Shown one piece after another: positions 38,505 through 49,893 of a stretch of DNA of 64,000 nucleotides. The notes under the pieces are model-generated. The model ran no database searches. It worked only from the letters and a program-made list of their open reading frames with translations, and was not told the DNA's origin. The stretch's first letter is position 1. Every line of letters starts with the position of its first letter. This stretch comes from Torpedo marmorata (taxonomy: Eukaryota). The stretch is taken from the NCBI GenBank assembly GCA_977017645.1, contig OZ360223.1, positions 84,940,001-85,004,000 of the forward strand. The letters run 5' to 3'. The position numbers were made by a program, and so were the translations under genes.

Positions 38505-38745
38505 TATGGTTAGCGTAATTGTTAGTGCAACGCTATTACAGCACCAGCGACCCGGATTCGAATCCAGCACTGCCTGTAAGGTGTTTGTACATTCTCCTTG
38601 TGTCTGCGTGGGTTTCCTTTGGGTGCTCCAGTTTCCTCCCACCTTTCAAACCGTATGGGGTTGTAGGTTTATTGGGCTATTTGAGTGGCACGAGCTCATG
38701 AACCAGAAGGGTCTGTTACTGTGTTGTATCTCTAAATTAAATTAA
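38505..38745 (+). mobile_element. V-SINE (HE1-like)
   Basis: tRNA-like head, GGATTCGAATCC box B, V-domain, TCTAAATT tail. Confidence 0.85.
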
Positions 38746-39386
38746 AAATATATATATATTTCAGTTGTTTTTGGATGTTTTGAATTGTTTTAAATATGTC
38801 TTTGAAGTCACAAGGTCCTTTACCACACAGGGCCAGACCACGAAATATTCAATCAAATTTTCCACTTGCAATGTCTCGCTTAGAGATAAGAATCATTGTA
38901 TCACAGCTGATTGTAAATTCTGCCCCAAACATTCAACCCTCAAACAGTGGAAAATGAAATTTATGTGGTTCAGATAGTGTGTGGTTGATTCTGTTCACCA
39001 GGGTTATCGACGGGATCTGCTCTCGCCATTTTGTTTCTGGCAATTATTACCAATTATTCAGTGGAGAATTGTCAGACAACTGCAGTCAACAGAAAAGCAC
39101 CAACTAGATGTAAAGTTTTAATGCAGGATACTCTGCTTTGTTTTCAGGAGTCTCCTTCAGCTCTGAGGTTAGGATATCTTGTGTTTCAGTCTGTCAATAG
39201 CTGCCACCAAGCCACTTGGAATTGTTTGTTTCAGTGGGGTCTGAGTTTGCTGGTCAGATTGAGATTTCAACCGAAGCTAGAGGGTGAATCTCTAATAATT
39301 AAAGCCACAGCTGAGAAAACAACTAATTGCAGTTGAGAAATGGCCATAACCGGGCATAATCAAGAAAATACACTATCAAAGAAATA

Positions 39387-39570
39387 TCAGATTTCAGATT
39401 TCAGATTTATTGTCAGAGTACATACATGACATCACATACAACCCTGAGATTCTTTTTCCTGAGGGCGAGGCAGAATTACCACTTATTGGTAGTGCAAAAA
39501 AAAACTGTACTCAACGTACATATTTGAACAAATAAAGAAATGTAAAAAAACTGACTGTGCAATGCAGAGA
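39387..39570 (-). mobile_element. LINE (Rex-like) 3' end with a 7-bp repeat tail
   Basis: CAGATTTCAGATTTCAGATTTATTGTC tail pattern like the other Rex ends. Confidence 0.55.
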
Positions 39571-40034
39571 GAAAAAAAACAAGGGGTTTCAAAAGTGTTA
39601 TCAAAAAAGTTAACAAAGGATTATTTAAAGAGGGAGGAGACAGAGAGTGGTACGGAAGGAATTCCACAGACTGAACACGGAGATACTGCTGCAGTTGAGC
39701 TCTCAATGATGTGGAATGAGCAAGGCTCACATCCTTTGACTGGACAGCAGAAAAATATTGTCCAATTCACTGTCAAGGCTTTAATTATATTTTTCAGTTA
39801 TGCAGGTTATTGGACTTTGCAAACAGCAGCTGGCAGAGTATGGGAGCTGACTGTGGAAGGCTGCTACATGTCATGTTGGCAGATCCTAAGTCAGGGCAGG
39901 CAAGACCTTGACCTCGTGTTTTTGGCCACCTCTCCAAACATCTTCTTTGGCCCATTGCAAATATTGTGCTTGTTATGGGTCCTGTAAATATTGTTCAGTG
40001 AATTGGCTGCATAGTTGACAGTGAGGAGGAACGA

Positions 40035-40300
40035 TGGTGGCTCAGTGGTGCAGCTGGAAGAACTGTTGCATTGCAGCTGCAATAAAGTAAGTTCAGCCAT
40101 GACCTCGGGTGCAACATGTATGGAGTTTGCACATTCTCCTTGTCCAGTTTCCCCCAGTTGCTTTGGTTTCCTCCTACATCCCAAAGATGGCAGATTAGTA
40201 GGTTAATTGGATGGAAACTTGGGGGAGTTGATGGCTCTGAGGGAAGAATAAGAATGGGCATGCACTAGACAGGCAGAAGGGCCTATTTCTGTGTTGCATG
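40035..40300 (+). mobile_element. Degenerate V-SINE
   Basis: TGGCTCAGTGG box A; GGAGTTTGCACATTCTCC; GAAGGGCCTATTTCTGTGTTG tail. Confidence 0.65.
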
Positions 40301-40459
40301 ATTACGATATAAATTGTTTGGCTGAGGAAAAAAATGGAATTCAGACAGGACTAGTTTGAAGCAAAGCATTGGGGTAGGGAATAGGAGGAGAGGGAACAAG
40401 GCTATTCAACAAACAGAATAAACAGAGAGATCTTAGAGTGCAGGTCCACAGACCCTAAA

Positions 40460-40890
40460 AGGTTTCAGGATAGATATGAAGGCAGTGGTTAAAAAAGCAT
40501 GTGGAATTTTATTAGCCAAAATATATCCTATAAGAGTAGTTAGGTTATGTAGAGGAGATGGACGTACGTTGAAGGACTGGAAAGTGTTGGCTATGAGGAA
40601 AGGATGGCTCGTGACTCTTCTATGCACAGATGAGGCCAAGGTGTATAAAATTATAGAGTAAATAGGAAGGATCTACTGTATCTCCCTCAGCAGTGTTCAA
40701 AACCCAGAGGACATATTTTTAAATGATCAGTGGAAGGATTAGAGTGCATATGAGCAAAGAAGGCAGAATAGTTCTGGAACTGATTGCCTAAAGGATGGCA
40801 GAAAGTTCATCATATTTAAACAGTACTTGGATGTATGCTTGAAGAGCTGTGACCTACAGGGCTGGGGACCACATACTGGAAGATTGAATT
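40460..40890 (+). mobile_element. Degenerate CR1 3' fragment
   Basis: AVVKKACGILL and KVYKII remnants. Confidence 0.5.
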
Positions 40891-41125
40891 GTCATTTTAT
40901 CCACTAAATTGGACACCTCCAAGGCCCCTCTGTTATCAACACTCTCATGGGCACTACCAAGTCAACAGGACCAGATGTGCAAAGGTGAATACAACAAGCA
41001 GCCAATAGTTTTGCACCGGCTTAACATTGGCAGCTAAATTCAAATTTCACCCAACCCCCACCAGCCTACTCTCTGCCTGTGGAACATTTCATTGCCTCTG
41101 TTTGTTTCCTCCCCACTGTTTGTAA

Positions 41126-42340
41126 CAGTCATTCCCAAAGTGGGTGGTACCGCTCCCCTGGGGGCGGTGGAAAGATCCAAGGGGTCAGTGAGGAATAAGG
41201 GGGTGGTCCGAACGTTTGTTTGTATCTTGGTGATGTGGTCTGGACAGGACACGCGCCACATGCCAGCCAGATCAGACAGCAGACGCCGTGGGGACTGGTG
41301 ATCATCTCATTTTCACATCTGCAAGGGCCAAGGCTCTAGGTTTGTAAGCATTGCAAGTTATCTTCAATCTTGTAATGTACAGTTAAATTATAATATAATA
41401 AAAATATGATTGGGGGACCCCACAATATTTCCTTATGTTTTTATGCTGTGTTTTGCTGTAATTTACATGGTTTTTACACTTGTTTTTTGCTAGAAATACT
41501 TTGTTTTGTCGTTCTCCTCTGTAGCAGCACATGATATATTAATTTATTTATATTTATGAAACATCAGGCAGCGTTAACTTATATTTCATGAATGCACATA
41601 TACATCTAACTGTAACTTCTAATGTTAAGTAGTTCTTAAGTATTTGATTTTTTAGTTTCACATTCGTACTTGTATTATTGTGTTATGCACTTTTCCTGGT
41701 AATTGCATTGCTATTATATTTCCTTATGTTTTTTCTGCTGCATTTTGTTGTGATTGGCATGATTTTTACAAAGAACTTACCGGTATATTTATTTTTTGCA
41801 GAATAAAATATGGCCGCAGCACAGCAAACAAAACAGAAGTTTAGGCAATATAGTGTGGAATATCTGAAATATGGATTTGTATCAGCACCAAATAACCAAC
41901 AGCAACCCACGTGCCGACTGTGTGAAAGAGTCTTTTCAAATGAAGCCATGAAACCTTCCAGGCTCCTTGAACATTTGAAGAAAATACACTCTCATAAAGC
42001 AGACAAAAACTTAGCATATTTTCAGTCACTTCGAGAAAACTTACAGAAACGTAAAACTGTGAAGACAATGTAGTTACAGGTGAGATGTAAATTTACCCTT
42101 TCATATTGCTAAATAAATTGGTTTACTATAAGTTTTATTTGTAAAATACATACGTTTGTTTATAGTGTTAGATTAGTTGTTGTTTTAAATTTGCCGTAGA
42201 CTTAATACCAAGAAAGAGGTGTGTGTTTGTTGTAAGTGTGTGTGTGTGTGTGTGTGTGGGGGGGGGGTGGGGGGAGGTGCGCTAGGGATGTGGCCCGGGA
42301 GCCAAGGGGGCGGAAGCCCGAAAAAGTTTGGGAACCACTG
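41126..42340 (+). mobile_element. Internally deleted hAT Charlie/Buster element
   Basis: TIRs CAGTCATTCCCAAA / TTTGGGAACCACTG; imperfect 8-bp TSD GTTTGTAA / GTTTAGAA. Confidence 0.85.
41810..42073 (+). pseudogene. Charlie/Buster transposase N-terminal BED zinc finger only
   Basis: RQYSVEYLKYGF..PTCRLC..SNEAMKPSRLLEHLKKIH. Confidence 0.85.
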
Positions 42341-43409
42341 GTTTAGAATCTGACCCTTATTTGCTTCGTAATTTGACAAATCTGCTTAGAAATTCAAACA
42401 TCAAGAAAGAGAAAAAAATCAACCCCATAGCATGAACACTGCTTTAAAAAATTGAACAGTTGTTAGAACCAGCCCCCCATGAGATTTGATTTTCAAACCT
42501 TTCTCTTTTAAATTTATTGTTTTGCTTATAGTTTTATATTAATTATCAAAGTTAAATGCAATGCGATGAAACAAATAACAAACTTAATAAAATCCTGGGA
42601 CTATAGCCAGGGGAGATACTGTTGCAACAGAATGTAAACCTGTTGAAGCTTTATAAATTCCTGATTGGAATACTGTAAAGGGTCAGTTATGACATGCTGT
42701 TGGTTAGATTTCAATCAGCGTTTCACAGAATATGGAATTTTCAGCATTAACTTAGTTGTGCTACATCTTTTAAAGTCACTCAACCAAAGTAATGTGTGCA
42801 TTGAGTGTCCCTGTCATAGTCCCCAGAGTCTCTCCGATTGCTGTTCCTACTAACACCATCCACGAAACCTGCAGATGTAAGGATCTAGGGCTTTGGTGAA
42901 TGGACACAGTAGAAGAACATGTCTGTTGACAAGAATTATTATGGACTTGTGGTGTTATTACAGTGCAGAGCGAGGCTGCTCAATCCATGGCAGGTTGAGC
43001 CACCTTTATGTAAGAGATATCCACAGTACTGTAACCACGTACTTTTCTATCCTTCATGTATTTTGATGCATTTTATAATTCTGACCATAAAATCCCTACT
43101 CAGTGTCCATCCAAGCCTCCAGCCATTTGAACAATTTGTTCTCCTCTCCACAATGTTAAGCATTAAACCTCCTTCTATCTGTGAACTTACTCATCATTTT
43201 CTTGGAAACCAAACCTGCTTAGGCTCTTCATCCCCCTACAGGCTTGATAATGTTAATGAATGCATTGTCACATACATTGTACAAAGAACATATGCACCAG
43301 AATTCTTACTTGCTGCAGCCAAACAGGGACTTCATGAAAAAACTACAATAGCATGTATTAAATTAAAATTTAAAAAAAGATAATATATGCAGAAGATAGA
43401 TAGATAATG

Positions 43410-43632
43410 CGGCATGGTTAGCGTAGCGGTTAGTGCAACGCTGTAACAGTGCCAGCGACCCAGGTACGAATCCGGAGCTGTCTGTAAGGAGGTTGTACAT
43501 TCTCCCTGTGTCTGCATGAGTTTCCTCCGGGTGCTCCGTTTTCTTCCCACCTTTCAAAAAAGTATGGGGGGGTTGAAGGTTAATTGGAGTATTTGGGCGG
43601 CACGAGATCATGGGCCAGAAGGGCCTGTCTAA
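43410..43632 (+). mobile_element. V-SINE (HE1-like)
   Basis: GGTTAGCGTAGCGGTTAGTGCAACG head, box B, V-domain. Confidence 0.88.
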
Positions 43633-43660
43633 ATTTATAAAAAATAATAAATATACACAG

Positions 43661-44540
43661 TATTACGTGCTCCCATTTTCAGTTAATTTTCATTTGAGTG
43701 GGACTATCATTTTAAGAGAACAAATCAAGCTGCAAGCCCTGCAAGATATGGGAGATTGACTGTGAGCTGGCAGGCTGGGGACAGCGTGTACTAAAACCTG
43801 CTACTTCTGAAGAGAGAGGAAGTGGCCCTGGAAAACACAGGTGCAGAGACCATGTGACCAACATGTTCAAGAAACAGTACTCGGTTTGATTGGGGGCCAT
43901 TTTTAAGGAGACAGCACTTGGAGAAGCATCCTTTACTGTGGGATATTGTGCTGAAGGGCCTCGTGTAGTAATAGACAATTTGTCTGATTTCTCCATGTTA
44001 TAGGGGAAAGTCACTTTGAACGGCTGACCCACGAAAGGGTTCTGGAAGCAGAAGAAATACTGCAATTCGGCTGACCCACGAAAGGGTTTTGGAAGCTTAG
44101 TGAGAATCTCTCGCTTCGTGTCCCCTATGCAAATAAAAGGGGAGTTTTGATTGCCACTCGTCTGAAAAGGACATTTCTCTGGAAGCCTCAACAAGGATTT
44201 TGTGAGTTTATGACAGTCTGTCACCCCGGTTTCTTCCCCCTTACTTCGTAACTTCTTTGCATCCATTTAAAGCCTGCGTATCAACATTGGATTTTCTGAG
44301 ACTGAACTTTGAACTGCCTTTCGAGAATTGTGTCTGAGCTGTAGTGGCTTGGGGTATTCCACACACACACACACACACATAAGTATATTCGCGCATAGTT
44401 GGGGGTTAAGTAGATAAGTTTAGATAAGTTTAGATAAATTAGATAAGGAGTTATATTATTGTTAATTAATAATTAAAAATATTATTTTAAATATAACACT
44501 GTCTGGGCTAATTTATATTGCTACTGTCTGGTATGTAACA
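43661..44540 (+). repeat. 5' LTR
   Basis: TATTAC...GTAACA; direct repeat of 52925-53819. Confidence 0.93.
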
Positions 44541-44544
44541 AAAT

Positions 44545-44562
44545 TGGGGGCTTGTCCGGGAT
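44545..44562 (+). promoter_or_regulatory. Primer-binding site, tRNA-Pro
   Basis: TGGGGGCTTGTCCGGGAT versus the canonical Pro PBS TGGGGGCTCGTCCGGGAT. Confidence 0.9.
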
Positions 44563-44663
44563 CACACCAAATTGGGAGCTGAGTGATCGATTAATTTTCA
44601 ATTTGATTGATTAGAGTTTTTTTTGAGCCAATTAAAAGGCTTGTGTGTGGAACGATAGCAGCG

Positions 44664-45205
44664 ATGGTCATTGATACGTTTTTGGGATCGCCCACCTTTG
44701 CAGATTTGCAGGGGGCGAAAAAGAGTGAGTTGTTGACTATGGCACAAAAGTTGGAACTTGCGGTGGTGAAACAATCGATGAAAAAGGCAGAGATCCAGAA
44801 AGTTATAGGTGACTATTGTGTAATAAAAGGGAAGTTTGGAGAGGAGGAGGTAAAACAGTTTCTCCAGAGGGAATCTCGTGAGCAGAGGTCACCAGTAGAA
44901 CAAATTGAGTTGGAAAAACTTAGAGATGCAGAGAGGCAAAGGAGATTTGAGGCGGAGTAAAGAGAGAAACAAGAACAGTGTGAGTTGGAAAAACTTAGAT
45001 TGGAGGTTGAGAGAGAGAAACTTAGAGATGCAGAAGAGCAAAGGAGATTTGAAAAGGAGGAAGCCGAGAAACAAAAGCGGTTTGAACTAGAATTAGAAAA
45101 ACCTAGAAGGGAGAGGGCCGAGAGGCAAAGACAGTTTGAGGAAGAAATAGAAACTTGACAGGAATCTGCTAGATTGGCGGATGAGTATGTTTTAACCCAC
45201 AGGGT
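44664..45205 (+). pseudogene. Gypsy gag remnant (N-terminus, coiled coil, LADEY motif)
   Basis: FADLQGAKKSELLTMAQKLEL; E/R/K-rich coil with stops; ARLADEYVLTH. Confidence 0.75.
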
Positions 45206-45589
45206 TGAGTTTGTGCCAAGTGGAGCCTTGCAGAGGGTTGAATTTGTGCCAAGTAAAACATTCCAGAGGGGTAATGTGGAATATCCACGTAAGTTAGAAA
45301 ACAAATTGGGAAATGACCTTGCAGAGGGTAAAGTTGTCCCTACGGTGAGGTTGACTGCCAAGCCAGTCATTGATGAGACCAAGACAGATTCAGATATATA
45401 CCCGGCCTGTGCAATGACTCGATGTAAAGCTTGCCAATGCGAACAGTGCTGCACAGATTAATTTAAAAGGGACCGGAATCTGTGAAAGAGCAAAACAGCA
45501 CTCAGGTTGTAATGACCTGCCAAAGGCTTTACATCCTTCTGTATTGGACCAGAGTTCTGGTGGTAAACCCAAGAGTCAGGACTTGTCGT

Positions 45590-45885
45590 TGTCCCGAAAA
45601 GAGTTTATGGCGGGGCAGAACAGAGATCCTGATTTGCTGAGTTGAGAGATAAGGCTCTCTCTGAGGAGGAAATTAAGAAAGTGCCAGTTGTATATTATTT
45701 TAAGGAAGATGATAAAGTGTTAATTCTTTTCCCAACAAATTCTAATCCCCTTAGGGCAAAATTTTCAGGCCCTTATGAGATAGAGTCAAAGGTGAATGAA
45801 GTTAACTAAGTAGTTAAAACACCTGATCGGAGACGTAAAACGCAGAGTTGCCATGTCAACATGCTAAAACCGTATTTTGAGAACT
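45590..45885 (+). pseudogene. Gypsy integrase remnants (pre-IN linker and C-terminal GPY module; core deleted)
   Basis: DKVLILFP..PLRAKFSGPYEI..VVKTPDRRRKTQSCHVNMLKPY. Confidence 0.8.
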
Positions 45886-45919
45886 TGGCTTGTAGCAAGG
45901 AACAGCCTTCACCAGAGGT

Positions 45920-46300
45920 CAGAATCAGAATCAGAATCAGAATTTATTGTCATGAACAAGTCATGAAATTCGGTGCTTTGCGGCAGCATCATAGTGCAAT
46001 TAACATTCATATTAACCATTCTAACGACATTACTATATAAAAAATTATAAACAATAGTGCACTAGTGTCTTTGGTTCATTGATTGTTCAGGAATCTGATG
46101 GCAGCGGGGAAGAAGCTGACCTTGTGCCGTTGAGTGCTCGTCTTTAGGCTCCTGTACCTTTTCCCCGATGGAAGCAGCGTGAAGAGGGCATGGCCTGGGT
46201 GGTGGGGGTCCTTGAGGATAGAGGCTGCTTTATTAAGACATCGCCTCATGTAGATGTCCTCGATGGAGTGAAGTTTGGTGCCCGTGATGTCACAGGCCGA
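45920..46300 (-). mobile_element. Rex1/Babar 3' fragment nested in Gypsy
   Basis: (CAGAAT)n tail plus the ORF end. Confidence 0.9.
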
Positions 46301-46550
46301 GGTAACTGATAAAACTGAGGAGTTTAGGGACCCTGAGATGGCACAAGCTGACTCTTGTGAGGGTCACTTCAAACAAAACATTGTCCCAGTTTGTCTGTCT
46401 AATTCGAGTATTTTGCAGAATTTGGATAATAAGTTGGCTCATCTTCAGCCCCACGAAAAGGAACAAATGAATCAGCTACTTTTAAAATTTAAAAACCTAT
46501 TTCCAGATGTGCCTAAGAGAACCCCAATAACTTGTCATGAAGTGGATGTT

Positions 46551-49500
46551 CTGCAGACTTGGTTCAAGATGGCGCCTTACAGCGGCGACTCTTTGCGTGC
46601 AGCTCTGACGGGAATAATCAAATATTTCCGTTCAGAACTTCTAAAAATCAAACAAAAAACGAGAAACATAAAATCAAACTTACCCGACAACGTGGATGTC
46701 CAAAGATCGCTGGCAGACATTGGAATCGGCAAAATCGGCAGTCTCCGTCGGGCCGCGGGACCTTTAAACAACTCACGCAACTACAAAAAACAACACCGCG
46801 GGACATTTAAACAGCCAGAGAACGGGCCATTTAAACTTCGCGGGAGTCGCAGACAGCAGGTGCTCAGCACATTTACACATCACGCAGGATTTAAAGGGAC
46901 AGCGCACGGACCGTTTAAACACTGCGGGAACTATCGGCAGTGGACCCACGAGCCAGGTAAAGAAGTCCCGACCACGTGGACGCAGAGGGGGGGCTACAGG
47001 GCAAGCTGAGACGTTGGGACCTGAAGCTTCCGCTCCCTACAATCCTCCTGGCCAATGTACAATCCTTGGAGAACAAACTTGATGAACTCCAAGCCAGAAT
47101 TCAACAAAAGAGAGTCATCAGGGAGTGCTGCATGATATGCTTTACAGAAATGTGGCTAAATGAGGAAATTCCGGACACGGCGCTACAGCCCAAGGGCTAC
47201 ACCCTCCATCGAGCTGACCGAACACCGGTGTCTGGAAAAACCAGGGGAGGCGGCGTTTGTGTCATCATCAATTCATCGTGGTGCACAGACGTGACGGTCA
47301 TGTCCCAGTCCTACTCCCCCGACCTGGAACATCTTGCAATCAAGTGTCGCCCATTCGATCTGCCGAGGGAGTTCACCACCATCATTCTGGTCGCAGTGTA
47401 CATTCTGCCCCAGGCTAACGTCAGGCTGGCACTGGAGGGACTGAGCACTGTGATAAACAGCCATGAGACAGCACATCCTGATGCCTTCCTGATGATTGTG
47501 GGAGACTTCAATCAGGTCAATCTGAAGAAGTCACTGACAAACTACCACCAACACATCACTTGTGAGACCAGCGGAACCAACACACTCGACCACTGCTACA
47601 CCACCGTGAAGAACGCATACCGAGACATACCACGACTGCACTTCGGCAAGTCTGATCACCTGGCTGTACTTCTACTCCCGGCGTACAATCAGAGACTGAA
47701 GACCACAGCACTAGTGGTGAGGATGGCAAAAGTATGGTCGAGGGAGGTGGAGGAGCGTCTGCGGGACTGCTTTGAATCGGTGGACTGGAACATATTCAAG
47801 AACTCATCTATAGACCTGAATGAATATGCAACAGGTGTCACCGACTTCATCAAGACCTGCGTGGATGAGTGTGTGCCCACGCGCAAATACCGGGTGTTCC
47901 CCAACCAGAAGCCCTGGATGAATCAGAGAATTCGCAACTTGCTGAGGACGAGAACAAGGGCGTTTAAGGCTGGGGACCGGGATCTTTACAAAAAGTCCAG
48001 GCACGACCTGCGGAAGGCCATCTGTGAAGCAAAGTGGCAATTCCGGAGGAAGCTAGACACAGAGACAGATACATGCCAGCTATGGCAGGGAGTGAAGGCC
48101 ATTACAGCCTACAAAGCGAGGGTGAACACTATAGACAGCTATGATGCTTCACTACCTGATGAGCTGAACACCTTCTATGCCCGCTTTGAGAATAAGAACA
48201 GAACAGTGCCTACTAGAGTCCCTGAAAAGGCTGAGGACCCTGTGATATCTGTCTCTGAGGGCGACGTCAGAACATCATTCGAGTGGGTGAACCCTCGCAA
48301 GGCGTCAGGCCCTGACGGCGTACCTGGCAGGGTACTGAAAATCTGCACCAACCAACTAGCTGGAGTGTTCACGGACATTTTCAACCTCGCATTGCGGCAG
48401 TCAGAGGTTCCCACCTACTTCAAAAGGGCATCAATCATCCCGGTACCCAAGAAGAGTAGTGTGGGCTGCCTCAACGACTACCGCCCAGTAGCACTAACTT
48501 CTACTGTGACGAAATGCTTTGAGAGGCTGTTCATGGCCAGAATTAACACATACCTCAGCAAAGATATGGACCCACTGCAATTCGCCTATCGCCACAATCA
48601 CTCCACAGCAGATGCAATATCGCTGGCTCTCCACTCAGCTCTGGATCACCTCGAAAACAGCAATTCATACATACGGCTGCTCTTCATCGACTACAGCTCG
48701 GCCTTCAATACCATTATTCCCTCAGTGCTGGTCAAGAAGCTACAAACTCTAGGCCTCTGTATCCCCCTCTGCAACTGGATCCTTGACTTTCTCATCGGAA
48801 GACCACAGTCAATACGAATTGGAAACAATGTCTCCTCCTCACTGATTATCAACACAGGCGCACCCTAAGGATGCATGCTTAGTCCACTGCTCTACTCGTT
48901 ATACACCCATGACTGTGTGGCCAGGCACGATTCCAATGCTATCTTCAAGTTTGCCGATGACACCACAGTTGTCGGCAGAATCACAAACGGCAATGAGGAA
49001 GCGTACAGGAGGGAGATAGATCAGCTCGTTGAATGGTGTAACGGCAAAAACCTTGAGCTCAATGTCAGCAAAACCAAGGAGATGATTGTGGACTTCAGGA
49101 GGAAGTCAGGGGAACACGACCCAGTCTTCATCGAGGGCTCAGTCGTGGAGAGGGTCAAGAACTTCAAATTCCTGGGTGTCAACATCTCCGAGGATCTGTC
49201 CTGGAGCATCCACGTTGATGCAATCACAAAGAAGGCTCGTCAGCGGCTATACTTTGTGAGGTGTCTGTGGAGATTCGGTATGTCACCAAAGACTCTCGTA
49301 AACTTCTACAGGTATACCGAGGAGATCATTCTGGCTGGTTGCATCACTGCCTGGTATGGAGGCGCCAACTCCCAGGACAAGAGTAAACTCCAGAGGGTTG
49401 TTAACTCGACCTGTGACATCACAGGCACCAAACTTCACTCCATCGAGGACATCTACATGAGGCGGTGTCTTAAAAAAGCAGCCTCTATCCTCAAAGGCCC

Positions 49501-49795
49501 CCACCACCCAGGCCATGCCCTCTTCACTCTGTTTCCATCGGGAAAAAGGTACAGGAGCCTCAAGACGAGCACTCAACGGCACAAGGTCAGCTTCTTCCCC
49601 GCTGCCATCAGATTCCTGAATAATCAATGAACCAAAGACACTGCCTTACTTTTCGTGCACTATTGTTTATAATTTTTTATAGTAATGTCGTTAGATGGTT
49701 AATATGAATGTTAATTGCACTATGATGCTGCCGCAAAACACCGAATTTCATGACTTGTTCATGACAATAAATTTTGATTCTGATTCTGATTCTGA
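46551..49795 (+). mobile_element. Full-length Rex1/Babar LINE nested in Gypsy RT
   Basis: Splits Gypsy HEVDV|DAKPIKQH; 5' CAAGATGGCG; (TTCTGA)n tail. Confidence 0.93.
46569..49630 (+). pseudogene. Rex1 APE-RT ORF with frameshifts near 46945-46995 and one TAA at 48866
   Basis: KYFRSELLKI N-terminus; 630-aa and 251-aa ORFs in one frame separated by GAP*GC (expected GAPQGC); FADD. Confidence 0.9.
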
Positions 49796-49893
49796 GATGC
49801 CAAACCTATCAAACAACATTCATATCGAATGAATGTGTAAAAGTGCAAACTGGTAGATCAATATATTGAATTCTATATGTTAAAGAATGATAT

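Noticed and set aside
43712-45454. Antisense ORFs of 184 aa (LTR) and 213 aa (gag)
   Set aside because: No recognisable motifs; the LTR ORF is shortened in the other LTR, and the gag one is the mirror of a purine-rich coil region.
46275-47009. 244-aa novel ORF
   Set aside because: Chance in-frame fusion of antisense Rex, Gypsy linker and the Rex leader across insertion junctions.
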